From a virus (lineage: Duplodnaviria; Caudoviricetes): DNA of 63,899 nt. The notes beneath the pieces are model-generated. The model was not told where the DNA came from. It saw only the letters and a list, made by a program, of their open reading frames with translations, and ran no database searches. Made by a program: the position numbers and the translations under genes. The stretch is from IMG/VR virus record IMGVR_UViG_3300009506_000024, positions 1-63,899 of that record, one strand, 5' to 3'. Positions 17,625-27,336 of this stretch are shown here, piece by piece (the first letter of the stretch is position 1; every line of letters begins with the position of its first letter).

Positions 17625-19445
17625 ATGACAGCTCTCGTACCTCTCTTCGACAACCCTGATGAGCGACCGCGCTCAAGGTACGAGTCGGACGAGGTGCTGC
17701 TGGAAGACCGGTACGCCAACGAAGAGGATGACATCAGCGGGCTGGAGGCTGACGGCCCGTTCGGATTGAGCCCTTCACAATTTGTCGAGTCCGCCATCCG
17801 GATCCCAGCTAAAGGAAAGCTGGACCGTTTCAGTTTCAAGAGCCGCGGGTACCTCCGGGCCATCTACGATTCGCCAGCGAAGCGCAAGTTGCTCATGGCT
17901 GGTAGGCAGGTCGAGAAGTCCACCCTGCTGGGCAACACTGCTCTGGCGTACATCTCGATCAACCCTCACTTCCGCGTCCTCTACGTCAGCCCTTCCAATC
18001 AACAGACCAAGGTCTTCAGTCGCGACCGTATCGCTGAGCCCATCGAGCTCTCCAGGTTCCTCAAGCAGACCACCAACAACAGGCTGCTCAAGAACGTCTT
18101 CGAGAAGAAGTTCGTCAACCGCTCCCAGATCACGCTGCGTTTTGCATTCCTCAACGCTGACCGTACTCGTGGTATCCCGGCTGACAAGATCATCATCGAC
18201 GAGTTTCAGGACATCCTCCTGGAGAACGTGCCTGTCATCGAGGAGTGTGCGTCCCACTCGGACTTCAAGCTCTTCACCTACGCAGGCACCCCGAAGTCCC
18301 TAGACAATGCCATCGAGCACTACTGGACCCGTTTCTCAACACAGAATGAGTGGGCGGTGCCCTGCCGCCGGCACGGCACTCCAAAGAACCCAGGCTCGTG
18401 GCACTGGAACATCCTGGATGAGGAGAACATCGGGGAGGACTTCCTTCAGTGTGACCGCTGCGGTGGCGAGATCTACCCCGACGACCCAGACGCTACTTGG
18501 GTGGCACTCAATCCTGACCCGCGCGTAGAGAAGCCTTACGAGGGCTACCGGATCCCGCAGCTCATGGTCCCCTGGATTGAGTGGTCGGACATCAAGAACA
18601 AGCAGCGTATCTACAGCCGGGCCAAGTTCCACAACGAGGTGCTCGGGCGCAGCTACGACGCCGGCACTCGACCTCTGACCAGGCGGGACATCCAGCGCAA
18701 CTGTTGGGACGAGCTCTCAATGGCCCACTACAGGGAGGCCATTCAGTACTCGCATCAGTACCCGATCTTCATGGGCATCGACTGGGGTACTGGCGAAGGC
18801 ACGTACACGGTCGTCTGTCTTGGAGGGTACCTTCCATTTGCTCCGGACAGGTTCACCTGGTTCTGGTGGAAGAGGTTTGAGGGTGTAGAGTCAGAACCCA
18901 AGCGACAGATCGAGATCATTCGCAAGCTCATCAACGACTTCAATGTTCGGCAGGTCGGGGTCGACTACGGCGGCGGCTTCTGGCCCAACGACGAGCTCAC
19001 TCGAGACTTTGGTGCCGAGAAGATCAAGAAGTACCAGTGGGTCGGCAACGTCAAACGCAAGATCAAGTGGGACCCCCAGCTCGGTATTCCTCGGCACTTG
19101 TGCCACCGCACAGAGGTCATGTCGGATGTCTTCAACGCGGTGAAGAGAGGGGACGTCTTCTACTTCCCGATGTGGGAGGAGTTTGAGGACCCCTTCGCGA
19201 TGGATTTCCTCAACATCTATTCGGAGTACAACGAACGCCTTCGGATGAATGTCTACAAATGCGCGCCCGGCGTGCCGGATGACGCCTTCCATGCCATGAC
19301 GTTCGGGTTCCTTGCATCGTTCTATGTGAAGCCCCGGCCTGACATCATCCTGCCCGCAAAAGAAGTCGAGCGGGAGAAGCACGACCCCAACGAGCCACTG
19401 GATGTGGTATCAGACCCCTCTCACTTCGGGGAGCTGGAGGGATGA
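17625..19445 (+). CDS. terL: Terminase large subunit (GpA-like ATPase + nuclease)
   Basis: Walker A variant AGRQVEKST, Walker B IIIDEFQD, coupling motif GTP, nuclease GIDWG and PDDAFHA. Confidence 0.9.
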   Translation: MTALVPLFDNPDERPRSRYESDEVLLEDRYANEEDDISGLEADGPFGLSPSQFVESAIRIPAKGKLDRFSFKSRGYLRAIYDSPAKRKLLMAGRQVEKSTLLGNTALAYISINPHFRVLYVSPSNQQTKVFSRDRIAEPIELSRFLKQTTNNRLLKNVFEKKFVNRSQITLRFAFLNADRTRGIPADKIIIDEFQDILLENVPVIEECASHSDFKLFTYAGTPKSLDNAIEHYWTRFSTQNEWAVPCRRHGTPKNPGSWHWNILDEENIGEDFLQCDRCGGEIYPDDPDATWVALNPDPRVEKPYEGYRIPQLMVPWIEWSDIKNKQRIYSRAKFHNEVLGRSYDAGTRPLTRRDIQRNCWDELSMAHYREAIQYSHQYPIFMGIDWGTGEGTYTVVCLGGYLPFAPDRFTWFWWKRFEGVESEPKRQIEIIRKLINDFNVRQVGVDYGGGFWPNDELTRDFGAEKIKKYQWVGNVKRKIKWDPQLGIPRHLCHRTEVMSDVFNAVKRGDVFYFPMWEEFEDPFAMDFLNIYSEYNERLRMNVYKCAPGVPDDAFHAMTFGFLASFYVKPRPDIILPAKEVEREKHDPNEPLDVVSDPSHFGELEG

Positions 19446-19723
19446 TGAGGCTCATCAAAGAGGTCAGGGAACCACCGCCTCATGTGCTTCAGTCGGGGTG
19501 GGTCCCCGTTACCACGCTCCGGACCCGCAGGGGGCTCCTCACCTTGACTGAGTCCGATGACATCAGTGATTGGAAGCCAGTTCTTCTTGGATCCTTCAAG
19601 CCGAATCGGGAAGAGTCTCCTGGTTCGGATGTACGTAAACACTGTCCGCCTCGTGCGCTTCAGGATGGCTGCCGCTTCGTCGACGTCGACCAGAAGCTCA
19701 CCATCTGCAGCGATTCTTCCCAC
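19421..19723 (-). CDS. Excisionase/MerR-like HTH DNA-binding protein
   Basis: VDVDEAAAILKRTRRTVFTYIRTRRL pattern. Confidence 0.6.
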   Translation of the reverse strand: MGRIAADGELLVDVDEAAAILKRTRRTVFTYIRTRRLFPIRLEGSKKNWLPITDVIGLSQGEEPPAGPERGNGDPPRLKHMRRWFPDLFDEPHHPSSSPK

Positions 19724-19795
19724 GATTCCGGCCTCGTGTTAGGTTGAGGAAAGGGTCATCGCTATGGTAACCCACACGCAGGCAAAGAGGTAGTC

Positions 19796-21490
19796 ATGAC
19801 TGACCTTCCTTTTGGTATTGAGACGAAGAACACCTACGCCGCGCTCACCCCGGCTGACTTGCAGTCGATGGGAAAGCAAGCTGCGGCAGCCTACCTGTGC
19901 GGTGGGACCTCCTTGAACGACGCCATCATCAAGCTGGCTCGTCAACACCCCAGCATCTCCCCTCATCAGGTGCAGCGGGTGGTGGAGTACGCAAATCAGG
20001 AGACGTTTTCCAAGCTCTTCTCTGACAACGAGAAGTACGCCAGTGACAAGAACATCGAGTTCGACGTCGCTGACCCAGGCGACGTGCTCCTCGAGCTCAA
20101 CAGCGGAGCCAAGCCCCACATCATGACCGCCCCTCCAGACGAGTACTCCCAGGGGCCGGTGAAGCTGGGGCATGCCGATGTCGAGGCCGACCTCGAGCTC
20201 GCTCGGGTGTTCGGGTTTGACTTTGCCACCCCGGGCTCCGAAAAGACCGCTGCCGTGATGGGGCACGTCGAGGATGGGAAGTTCGTGCTCGACCGTGTGC
20301 TCGAGGTGCAAAAGACCGCCGGCGACGTTGCCGACAGGATTTTGGCCTCTGGGGAGCAGGCAGCTCATTCAGACCATTCTTTGCTGCCCAATAATGAAGG
20401 GACCCAGACCGGGGGCGAGAACATCGGCTCTGGAGAGGGTAGGGTGAAGTCTGCCAACATGGGAATGCTTCCTCCAGGTGAGGGTGCTCAGGACCCAGCG
20501 GCCTTGCCCGCCGAAGGGGTGGGTGAGGGCGGTGAGGGCGACTACCATGAGCAGATGCTCGACATGCAACGCCAGATCGAGCTCGCCAAGAAGCGTCAGG
20601 AGCTCCAGAAGATTCAACAGTCCACTCTCGACCAGATGAACCCGCAGGGTCAGCCCGGTGCTGTCCCAGCCCCAGCGCCGGCAATGCCGGAGCAAGGGGC
20701 AGAGGCAGGCGGTATGCCGCCTGATCAAGCGGCTGCTCAAGGTGCACCGCCGGCGCCTCCCGGGGGCGCCCCCGTCGAGATGGGTGGTGGGATGCCCCAG
20801 GAGCAGATGCCAGCGGCGATGGCCGGGCCTGCTACCGTCCCTCCGGGTAGCGAGATGCCCAAGATGAGCTCAGTGCTCACCAAGCAGGCCATGAGCTACG
20901 TCAAGAGTGGAAGGCCTCACGCTGACCTGGTGCTCAATGACCTTTCGGCTGCCACCTCGCTCGAGCGCATCAAAGAAGCCGTCGCTGGCAAGGGTGACTA
21001 CCCGATGGCGAACCCCTACGGGGACCTCATTCGCCTCAAGCAAAAGGTGGCCAGGCTCCTTGAGGACGCCACCTACGCCAAGGGCAAGAACGCAGAGCTC
21101 CACAAGGAAGCCACCGCGCGGTTCCAAAAGGCCGTCGTCCAGCACATGTATGAAGGTGGGAATCTCGGGGAGGTGGCCCACCTGATGTCTGCTGTCTATG
21201 GGGAGCCTGTCAGCATCAAGACGGCCATGGCGAGTGCCATGGAGGAGCTGCTCCGTCACGGCATCGACATCACGAAGGCGCAGGCCAACGCCATCCAGTA
21301 TCAGATGGAGAAGGGTGCCAGTGCCCGGGTGCCGAATTTGGAGCACCCCATCGCCCAGGCCTACTCCGATCTCCTCAAGCTGTCCGAAGGGAATGCCGTA
21401 CTGGGCGAGAGCTGGTCGCAGCTCAAGAGCCAGTACGATCAAGTCGAGTCTGTCTTGAAGGAGGCGATGACTCATGCTGCTACGCGCTAG
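19796..21490 (+). CDS. Head assembly/internal protein with many K-x-A sites and a Pro/Gln linker
   Basis: EKTAA, QKTAG, VKSAN, TKQAM, HKEAT, IKTAM and EKGAS motifs; lies between terL and the protease. Confidence 0.7.
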   Translation: MTDLPFGIETKNTYAALTPADLQSMGKQAAAAYLCGGTSLNDAIIKLARQHPSISPHQVQRVVEYANQETFSKLFSDNEKYASDKNIEFDVADPGDVLLELNSGAKPHIMTAPPDEYSQGPVKLGHADVEADLELARVFGFDFATPGSEKTAAVMGHVEDGKFVLDRVLEVQKTAGDVADRILASGEQAAHSDHSLLPNNEGTQTGGENIGSGEGRVKSANMGMLPPGEGAQDPAALPAEGVGEGGEGDYHEQMLDMQRQIELAKKRQELQKIQQSTLDQMNPQGQPGAVPAPAPAMPEQGAEAGGMPPDQAAAQGAPPAPPGGAPVEMGGGMPQEQMPAAMAGPATVPPGSEMPKMSSVLTKQAMSYVKSGRPHADLVLNDLSAATSLERIKEAVAGKGDYPMANPYGDLIRLKQKVARLLEDATYAKGKNAELHKEATARFQKAVVQHMYEGGNLGEVAHLMSAVYGEPVSIKTAMASAMEELLRHGIDITKAQANAIQYQMEKGASARVPNLEHPIAQAYSDLLKLSEGNAVLGESWSQLKSQYDQVESVLKEAMTHAATR

Positions 21491-21734
21491 CCGTTCAGCA
21501 GACGCCCTCACGAAGGGTGCGTTCGTTCTGCCGTTGGCAAGGAAGGCGGCAGGAGGGTTGGCCAAGAGACTGTTCTCGAAACGAGGGCTGATGTTGGCCG
21601 GAGGTACCGCTCTCACAGGAGCTGTGGCCGCCCCCATGGTCATGCAGGGCATGCAGAAGTCCCAGGTGGGCCTTTCTTCCCCCTACATTCAAGCTCAGAA
21701 GCACGGCCTCGTGCCCCAGATGAGGGCAGGCTAG
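21474..21734 (+). CDS. Small hydrophobic/amphipathic protein
   Basis: AGGAGG RBS; TKGA followed by LMLAGGTALTGAVAAPMV. Confidence 0.6.
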   Translation: MLLRASRSADALTKGAFVLPLARKAAGGLAKRLFSKRGLMLAGGTALTGAVAAPMVMQGMQKSQVGLSSPYIQAQKHGLVPQMRAG

Positions 21735-21743
21735 GAGGTTCAG

Positions 21744-22535
21744 ATGGACATCGTAGAGAAACTCGCATCGGAGGACCTCCTCACTGATGAGCAGGTTGAG
21801 CGCATCGGGCGCAATGTGTCCGAGATGATGAAGGCTGCCGAAGAGAACCCCGCCCTCCTGAAAGAAGCTCTGGAGAAGATGGGTTTCGGTGCGGGTCTCA
21901 AAGCGTTTGGGAGCAAAGCTCTCGGCGCTGCGAAGGAGTACGCTCCTTTGGCTTTGGGATACGGCCTGGTCGGTACCGCAATGGGTGCTGCCGGTACCGC
22001 CGGTGGTATGGCGCTCAGCGCGGCCAAAGACAAGATCGACAAGGCTCGGTCGTACCGGGGCATGCTCGAGGACAACCCCCAACTTCAGAATGCGGACCCA
22101 AACATCGTGCAGAAAGCGTTCAACACTCTGCACAGGTTCAACCCAGAGTTTGCCAAGGATCCACTGGTCGCCGGCACGTTCGTGCAGAACGTCGTTGACC
22201 AGGAACGTCTCGACATCGGCACCGTGAAGTCTTTGGTGGAGGCTCGACGTTCCATGTCTCAAGGCCCGAGAGGTCAGAGCATGTTCCAGTTGCCCCCGCC
22301 CGACATGGCGATGAGGATGCGAGAGCACGAGATGCGTCAGGAGATGCACCCCCATCAGATGGAGAGGGCTCGGATGGACGAAGCCAAGTCTCGAGAGGAG
22401 GCAATGGGCAACTTCGCTGCCCGCCGTGCGGACCAAGCTCGGATGGAGGCAGAAGAAGCCCGAGCCAAGTTCTGGAGAGAGGCTGAAGGATTCCAGGACC
22501 CAGGCAACATCGACGTGGACCCTACTGACAGATGA
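21744..22535 (+). CDS. Putative internal virion protein with glycine-rich membrane segment
   Basis: GGAGG RBS; VEKLAS and LEKMG; LALGYGLVGTAMGAAGTAGGMAL. Confidence 0.7.
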   Translation: MDIVEKLASEDLLTDEQVERIGRNVSEMMKAAEENPALLKEALEKMGFGAGLKAFGSKALGAAKEYAPLALGYGLVGTAMGAAGTAGGMALSAAKDKIDKARSYRGMLEDNPQLQNADPNIVQKAFNTLHRFNPEFAKDPLVAGTFVQNVVDQERLDIGTVKSLVEARRSMSQGPRGQSMFQLPPPDMAMRMREHEMRQEMHPHQMERARMDEAKSREEAMGNFAARRADQARMEAEEARAKFWREAEGFQDPGNIDVDPTDR

Positions 22536-25500
22536 TCACCAAGCTAGCCACGTTCCGTGGGGTCTCCCCTGAGGGGGAGCCCCTTGTTCGGCTCTTCGAG
22601 CCGGGCGGACGCCTCATCAAAGAGGCGGGGCCCATCATGCCCCAGATCCGTCAGTGGATGGCCTCGTACAAGCCCGAGGACAACAAGATCGCTGTCCTCG
22701 TCAACGCGATGGGTGCATCAGAGTACTGGGGCCAGAACGTCAACGGAGACGTCTTCCCCGAACGGTCTCTCATCCATGACTGCCGGAACCACCCGAGCCA
22801 GTCTCACGCCTACGATGACTTCACCGGCAAGATCATCCCACCGTACGGGTACTGGACGTTCCTGAACGCTCACCCGTTTGTGCACCATCGGAACAAGGAC
22901 CCGAGCCGGGCCTTTGGCCACGTCGCATTGGCGGTGTGGAACCCAAAGATGCACCGGGTCGAGCTCATCGTCATCCTCGACAAGTTGCTGGCGCTACAGC
23001 ACGGCGCCGAGCATGTCATCGACCGCATCCTGGCTGGAGAATACCCTGACGTCTCTATGGGCTGCCGGGTGCCTTATGACATCTGCACCATCTGCGGGAA
23101 CAAGTCCAAGACCCGGAACGACTACTGCTCCTGCGTCAAGAACATTGGGATGGGCAAGATCCTCGACGACGGCCGTCGTATCGGGGTCATCAACACCTAC
23201 CCTCGGTTCTTCGACATCAGCTTTGTCTTCATCGGCGCTGACAAGACCGCCAAGGTCATGTGCAAGCTGGCTTCTGGAATCATTGTGCCTCAGTCGGTAG
23301 CTGATGCCGAGTACCTCTACGGCCTGGAATCTGACAGCCCCGAAGCTGGGTTGACCAAAGCGGCCATGATTCAAGTTCCCCACAACTTCTATTGGAGCCA
23401 CGACTCCGTGAAGGTGGCGGAGCCTCGCATCGCCGGTATGAGTCTCGAGGAGTCCGACAAGATTTTGACCGGGGATCCGGAAGATGCTCGTTTTCCCCCA
23501 ACCGAGAAAGATCAGGATGCCTGGCAAGAGTGGCTCGACGCCAAGAAAGAGCAAGAGCTTGGAAACGGCCCGGTGCCGAAGATAGAGCTCGACCAGCCGA
23601 AAGAGGCTTCTATTGACGAGCCGGTGCTGGACGTATCCATCAACGAGCTCATCAGTGACGGCAACAAGGTCCGGGTCGTACACCGGAAGGCTCCACCACC
23701 AGAGGATGTTGACGTCTCGATGGGGAGAATCGACCATCAAGACGATTCAAGGGTGGAATCTGTTGCTGATGGAGCGTTGAAGACCAATGCCTCCTTGACC
23801 GCTGAGGACGAAGACACCTACGACAAGCCAAAGACAGCCGAGGCGTCCCTGTCTGATGTGTTTGCTCAAGCAAAGCTCATCAAGATTGGTCCTCCTCCAA
23901 AACCGAATCGCAAGGAGTTCCCTTTCACGGGTACCATCAACTTTCGAGGAGTCATCATCCATGTCGAGAACAAGCCCGGCACCGTGCGTGAGGGGAAAAC
24001 CCCTGAAGGCAAGGTGAAATGGCGCACCGACATGAAGTTGCCCTATGGGGAGATTCTCGGATCCCTGGGTACCGATGGTGACAAGCTCGACGTCTATGTC
24101 GGCCCGAACCGGAACTGCGACAACGTCTACATCGTCCACCAGAACTTCACTCGGGGAGCGCAGAAGGGTAAGTACGACGAAGACAAGGTGATGTTGGGCT
24201 TCGACAACTTCATGCAGGCCAAAGACGCCTACTTGGCCCACTATGACAGCCCGAAATACTTCCGTTCGATGACTGTGATGGCGTTCCCTCTCTTCAAGAT
24301 GGCCCTCAAGAAAAAAGAGGTCCATGGAGAGAAGGTGGCGTCCGCTTACCGAACTGTCGTGGCCGACATGCGCCTCGAGGACGAGTTCTCCAAGGAGGGG
24401 TCAGCAAGAGACATCCTTGCAGTGACACTTCAAAATGCGCTCACTGGGGGACTTGCCGGGTCAGCAGTTGGAGCGGCTGCCTCCGACAAGGGAGACAGAT
24501 TGGGAGGAGCGCTGCGTGGGGCGTTGACAGGGGCTATAGCTACCCCAGCTATCTCTCATGGGCTGGTAGGGGCGTCCCACCTGCTTCGATCTGGAAAGAT
24601 CCCGTACTCAGTAGCCAGAAGACTGGATGCTGCGCTCAATGTGGCTCATGCACCTCTCATGATCGGGGGGACAGGGGCGGCTGCAGCAGCAGCAGGAAAG
24701 ACCAAGGAAGCGTTCCGTGTTCGCACCTTCCAAAGCCGCGCGGAAGCGGCTGCGGTGGCGGAGGACATCAACGCGAAGATCCCAATGGAGTGGTTGCCCG
24801 TGCTAGGATTCATCCCTCAAAAGGATGAGGACAGCGGCCGGTACTTCTTGGGGCACCGTCCGCTCAGCGCGAACGAGATGAAGTACTACTTCGGAGGCAA
24901 GAACAAGGAGTCGATGGTCAAGACGGCTGTTCGTGCAGATCTCGATCACCTCTTTGAGAACAGCAAGAACGCCCGCCGACGCGAGAGGACTTGGAAGGAC
25001 AAGGTCACCGGCAAGGAGACCAAAGAAGTTGGGTCTGGAATCGCCAAGACGGCTTCTGACCTCAGCCAGGTGAGCCCTGCGGTCCTCAAGATCGCCACGG
25101 TGCTCCGGCAGGGGTGGTCGGCCAGCGACCTTCTCAAAGTCTCCAATGCGATGAAAGCTGCTTCCCACCTGAAGTGGGCTGAGATAGTAAAGCAGATAGG
25201 TCCGGGTAAGGCGACGGGGCGAGTGACCCCACTGCTGTCTCAGACCGAGGACAGGTTGCCCAAAGAGCTGTTGAATGAGCTTGGAGAGCGACCGGATTTG
25301 GAGAAAAGTTTGGCTACACCATCCCTCATGGGGATGGTACTCAAACCGGAAGAGTTCCAGCGAATCGCTTTGACCCACATGGGCAAGGGTGAGCTGGCGG
25401 ACAAGTTGGACGATGCAAACGCCGTGTTCAAACCAAGTGACGAGGAGACGTGCCCGTGCAGTGCACTGAGCTCCAGTCATATGGACCCCGAGATCATGAA

Positions 25501-26050
25501 GGCGTTGATGCCTTTCTTGGAAGGGAAGTCCTACGTCGGTCCGGTGGTGAGACGAAGGATCACGAGAATCGTCGTCATCAAACCCAAGCCAGAACCTCCA
25601 CCCACGGAAGTCGATTCTCCTCTTCTGTCCAAGGTTGCCTCAGCGTACACTTGGTACAGAAGAGAGCAGATGAAGTTAGCGAGCGACCTACCAGCCACCG
25701 TGGCCAGCCACCCCGAGCTCCATGCCGGAGTTCATGCGCTGGACACGGAAGGACTTTTCAACAAGACCGCTTCCGGCGAGCTCGGATTGAACCGCCGGTC
25801 AATGGCGATCTTGTTGGGAACGGTTCCTCTGTCTCTGATGTACTCTGCCCACAAACGGGGAGAGATTCGTCGGGGAGAGGACGTCGGTGCGCTGGGCGGT
25901 CTCATAGCAGAACACCCTTGGCTTACGTCTATGGGTGTTGTAACCGGTCTCGGGGCCTTGCTCCGCAACCCCAAGGCGCAACAGGCCGTCGACGAAGTGT
26001 TCGAGGCGGGCGGGCGCATTTGGAGAGGCAAGCAAGCACCGACACCATAA
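22532..26050 (+). CDS. Prohead (maturation) protease polyprotein with inorganic pyrophosphatase and glycine-zipper modules
   Basis: The N-terminal ~245 aa show the HK97/assemblin-like order F..H, VSMG (Ser), a Zn insert CTIC..C.C, and DISFV..GAD. The region ~23920-24300 has ENxxG..R.G, YGEI.G..G.DGD.LDVYVG and DEDKVMLGF (InPase). More than 10 K-x-A linkers. Confidence 0.75.
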   Translation: MITKLATFRGVSPEGEPLVRLFEPGGRLIKEAGPIMPQIRQWMASYKPEDNKIAVLVNAMGASEYWGQNVNGDVFPERSLIHDCRNHPSQSHAYDDFTGKIIPPYGYWTFLNAHPFVHHRNKDPSRAFGHVALAVWNPKMHRVELIVILDKLLALQHGAEHVIDRILAGEYPDVSMGCRVPYDICTICGNKSKTRNDYCSCVKNIGMGKILDDGRRIGVINTYPRFFDISFVFIGADKTAKVMCKLASGIIVPQSVADAEYLYGLESDSPEAGLTKAAMIQVPHNFYWSHDSVKVAEPRIAGMSLEESDKILTGDPEDARFPPTEKDQDAWQEWLDAKKEQELGNGPVPKIELDQPKEASIDEPVLDVSINELISDGNKVRVVHRKAPPPEDVDVSMGRIDHQDDSRVESVADGALKTNASLTAEDEDTYDKPKTAEASLSDVFAQAKLIKIGPPPKPNRKEFPFTGTINFRGVIIHVENKPGTVREGKTPEGKVKWRTDMKLPYGEILGSLGTDGDKLDVYVGPNRNCDNVYIVHQNFTRGAQKGKYDEDKVMLGFDNFMQAKDAYLAHYDSPKYFRSMTVMAFPLFKMALKKKEVHGEKVASAYRTVVADMRLEDEFSKEGSARDILAVTLQNALTGGLAGSAVGAAASDKGDRLGGALRGALTGAIATPAISHGLVGASHLLRSGKIPYSVARRLDAALNVAHAPLMIGGTGAAAAAAGKTKEAFRVRTFQSRAEAAAVAEDINAKIPMEWLPVLGFIPQKDEDSGRYFLGHRPLSANEMKYYFGGKNKESMVKTAVRADLDHLFENSKNARRRERTWKDKVTGKETKEVGSGIAKTASDLSQVSPAVLKIATVLRQGWSASDLLKVSNAMKAASHLKWAEIVKQIGPGKATGRVTPLLSQTEDRLPKELLNELGERPDLEKSLATPSLMGMVLKPEEFQRIALTHMGKGELADKLDDANAVFKPSDEETCPCSALSSSHMDPEIMKALMPFLEGKSYVGPVVRRRITRIVVIKPKPEPPPTEVDSPLLSKVASAYTWYRREQMKLASDLPATVASHPELHAGVHALDTEGLFNKTASGELGLNRRSMAILLGTVPLSLMYSAHKRGEIRRGEDVGALGGLIAEHPWLTSMGVVTGLGALLRNPKAQQAVDEVFEAGGRIWRGKQAPTP

Positions 26051-26149
26051 CTGTGGAACCCAGGCGGGGCATGAGAGGACACTCATCCTTGAGGATTTGC
26101 CTATCGGGCCTGATCAGGAGACTCAAGAACCCATCAAGGAGAAAGTGAC

Positions 26150-27034
26150 ATGAACGAGTTTCTCGCAGAGATGTACGGCACCCGTGAGTCCATTGGTGCC
26201 CCGTCATCAGACAATTCGGATGTCGAGAAGTTGGCTGAGGCTCAACTGCTCGACGAAGCTCTCCAAGCGGAGGGCATCGACATCGACCAGCTCCCCGGTG
26301 AGACCATCCTCAAGCTGGCCTACCAAATCCTCGGGGAGGACAGTCATCTCGTGAAGGCGGCCATGGAGGAATCCCAGGAGACGCCCGAGCACGAGACGGC
26401 AGAGTCCGACGAAGAGGAAGAGGAGGAGTCCGAGGAGGAGAAGGAAGCCGCGCTCAAGATGGCAGCGATGCGTGAGCTTCAGGGTCAGGGCAACGAGTCC
26501 TTCGAAGAGAAGGTCGCCCAGGCCGATTTCCTCGGTCGCGTCATGGCCCACAGCTACGTCAACGAGATGGCGGGCATGGACAAGGAAGCCATCTCCCTCG
26601 GGCAGGCTGGCCAAGCCGTGAAGAACTGGGGCCAGCTCGCCGGGTACGGTGCCAAGCGCGGAGCTGGTGCTGTCGCCGGCGCTGCTCGCAAGGCAGGCGG
26701 CAAGGCCAAGGAGCTCGGCGGCAAGGCCAAAGAGACGGGTGAGAAGGCGTACAAGGCTACCAAGGAGCACGTCGGCAAGCACGGCAAGAAGTACAGCGCC
26801 GGTGCTGGTGTCGCCGGCGGCGCTGCTGGCGGCTACGCCCTCGGCAAGAACGCTTCGGCGCTCGACATGCTCGCAGAGAAGCGGGCGATGCAGTGGGCCG
26901 AGGAGCACGGTCTCCTCCAGAGCAACAACGCCGAAGAGGAGAAGTTGGCGTCCGCCGTCGATCAACGCGCCTACCAGATGCTCGTGAACCAGGGCATCGA
27001 CGTAGACGCAATCGAGGCAGCCGCCCGGAGATAG
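26150..27034 (+). CDS. Scaffold/internal head protein
   Basis: Acidic tract; EKLAE, EKEAA, EKVAQADFLGRVMAHSY, DKEA and EKLAS motifs; Gly/Ala/Lys amphipathic module. Confidence 0.7.
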   Translation: MNEFLAEMYGTRESIGAPSSDNSDVEKLAEAQLLDEALQAEGIDIDQLPGETILKLAYQILGEDSHLVKAAMEESQETPEHETAESDEEEEEESEEEKEAALKMAAMRELQGQGNESFEEKVAQADFLGRVMAHSYVNEMAGMDKEAISLGQAGQAVKNWGQLAGYGAKRGAGAVAGAARKAGGKAKELGGKAKETGEKAYKATKEHVGKHGKKYSAGAGVAGGAAGGYALGKNASALDMLAEKRAMQWAEEHGLLQSNNAEEEKLASAVDQRAYQMLVNQGIDVDAIEAAARR

Positions 27035-27045
27035 GTTCGAGAACC

Positions 27046-27321
27046 ATGGACTCAGTGATGCTGGCTTCCTTTACAGATGAGCTCCAAAAGATCGCGGAGG
27101 GCAACGTGGTGAACACTGCCAAGCCCGTCGTCGGTGGGATGGGGTCCAACATCGTGGGGAAGCCACTTCCGAGTCCTGGGATCGGCAAGGCTGACTTGGG
27201 CGGCAAGCCCAAGCCGGCCAAGCCGACGAACTACTCCATGGTACATTCAAATGCGCCGATGGCGGCTTTTGATGCTGGTGCGGGCTCCAAGTCCCTACCA
27301 CCGCCGCCTGTGAGAACCTGA
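27046..27321 (+). CDS. Small Pro-rich protein with N-terminal FxDELQKIA tag
   Basis: ATG at 27046 (MDSVMLASFTDELQKIAE), in frame with track ORF 26893..27321. Confidence 0.7.
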   Translation: MDSVMLASFTDELQKIAEGNVVNTAKPVVGGMGSNIVGKPLPSPGIGKADLGGKPKPAKPTNYSMVHSNAPMAAFDAGAGSKSLPPPPVRT

Positions 27322-27336
27322 GAAGGAGACCGTCCT

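Noticed and set aside
17594-17863. 5' extension of minus ORF 17231..17863
   Set aside because: It overlaps the terminase start antisense and reads as low-complexity Ser; GTG 17593 fits better.
2979-19445. Inteins or introns in RNAP, ligase or terminase
   Set aside because: Motifs are colinear without large insertions, and I saw no intein C...HN or LAGLIDADG signatures.
19421-19723. Integration/excision module
   Set aside because: Only an HTH of the excisionase type is present; no integrase or att-like repeat was seen.
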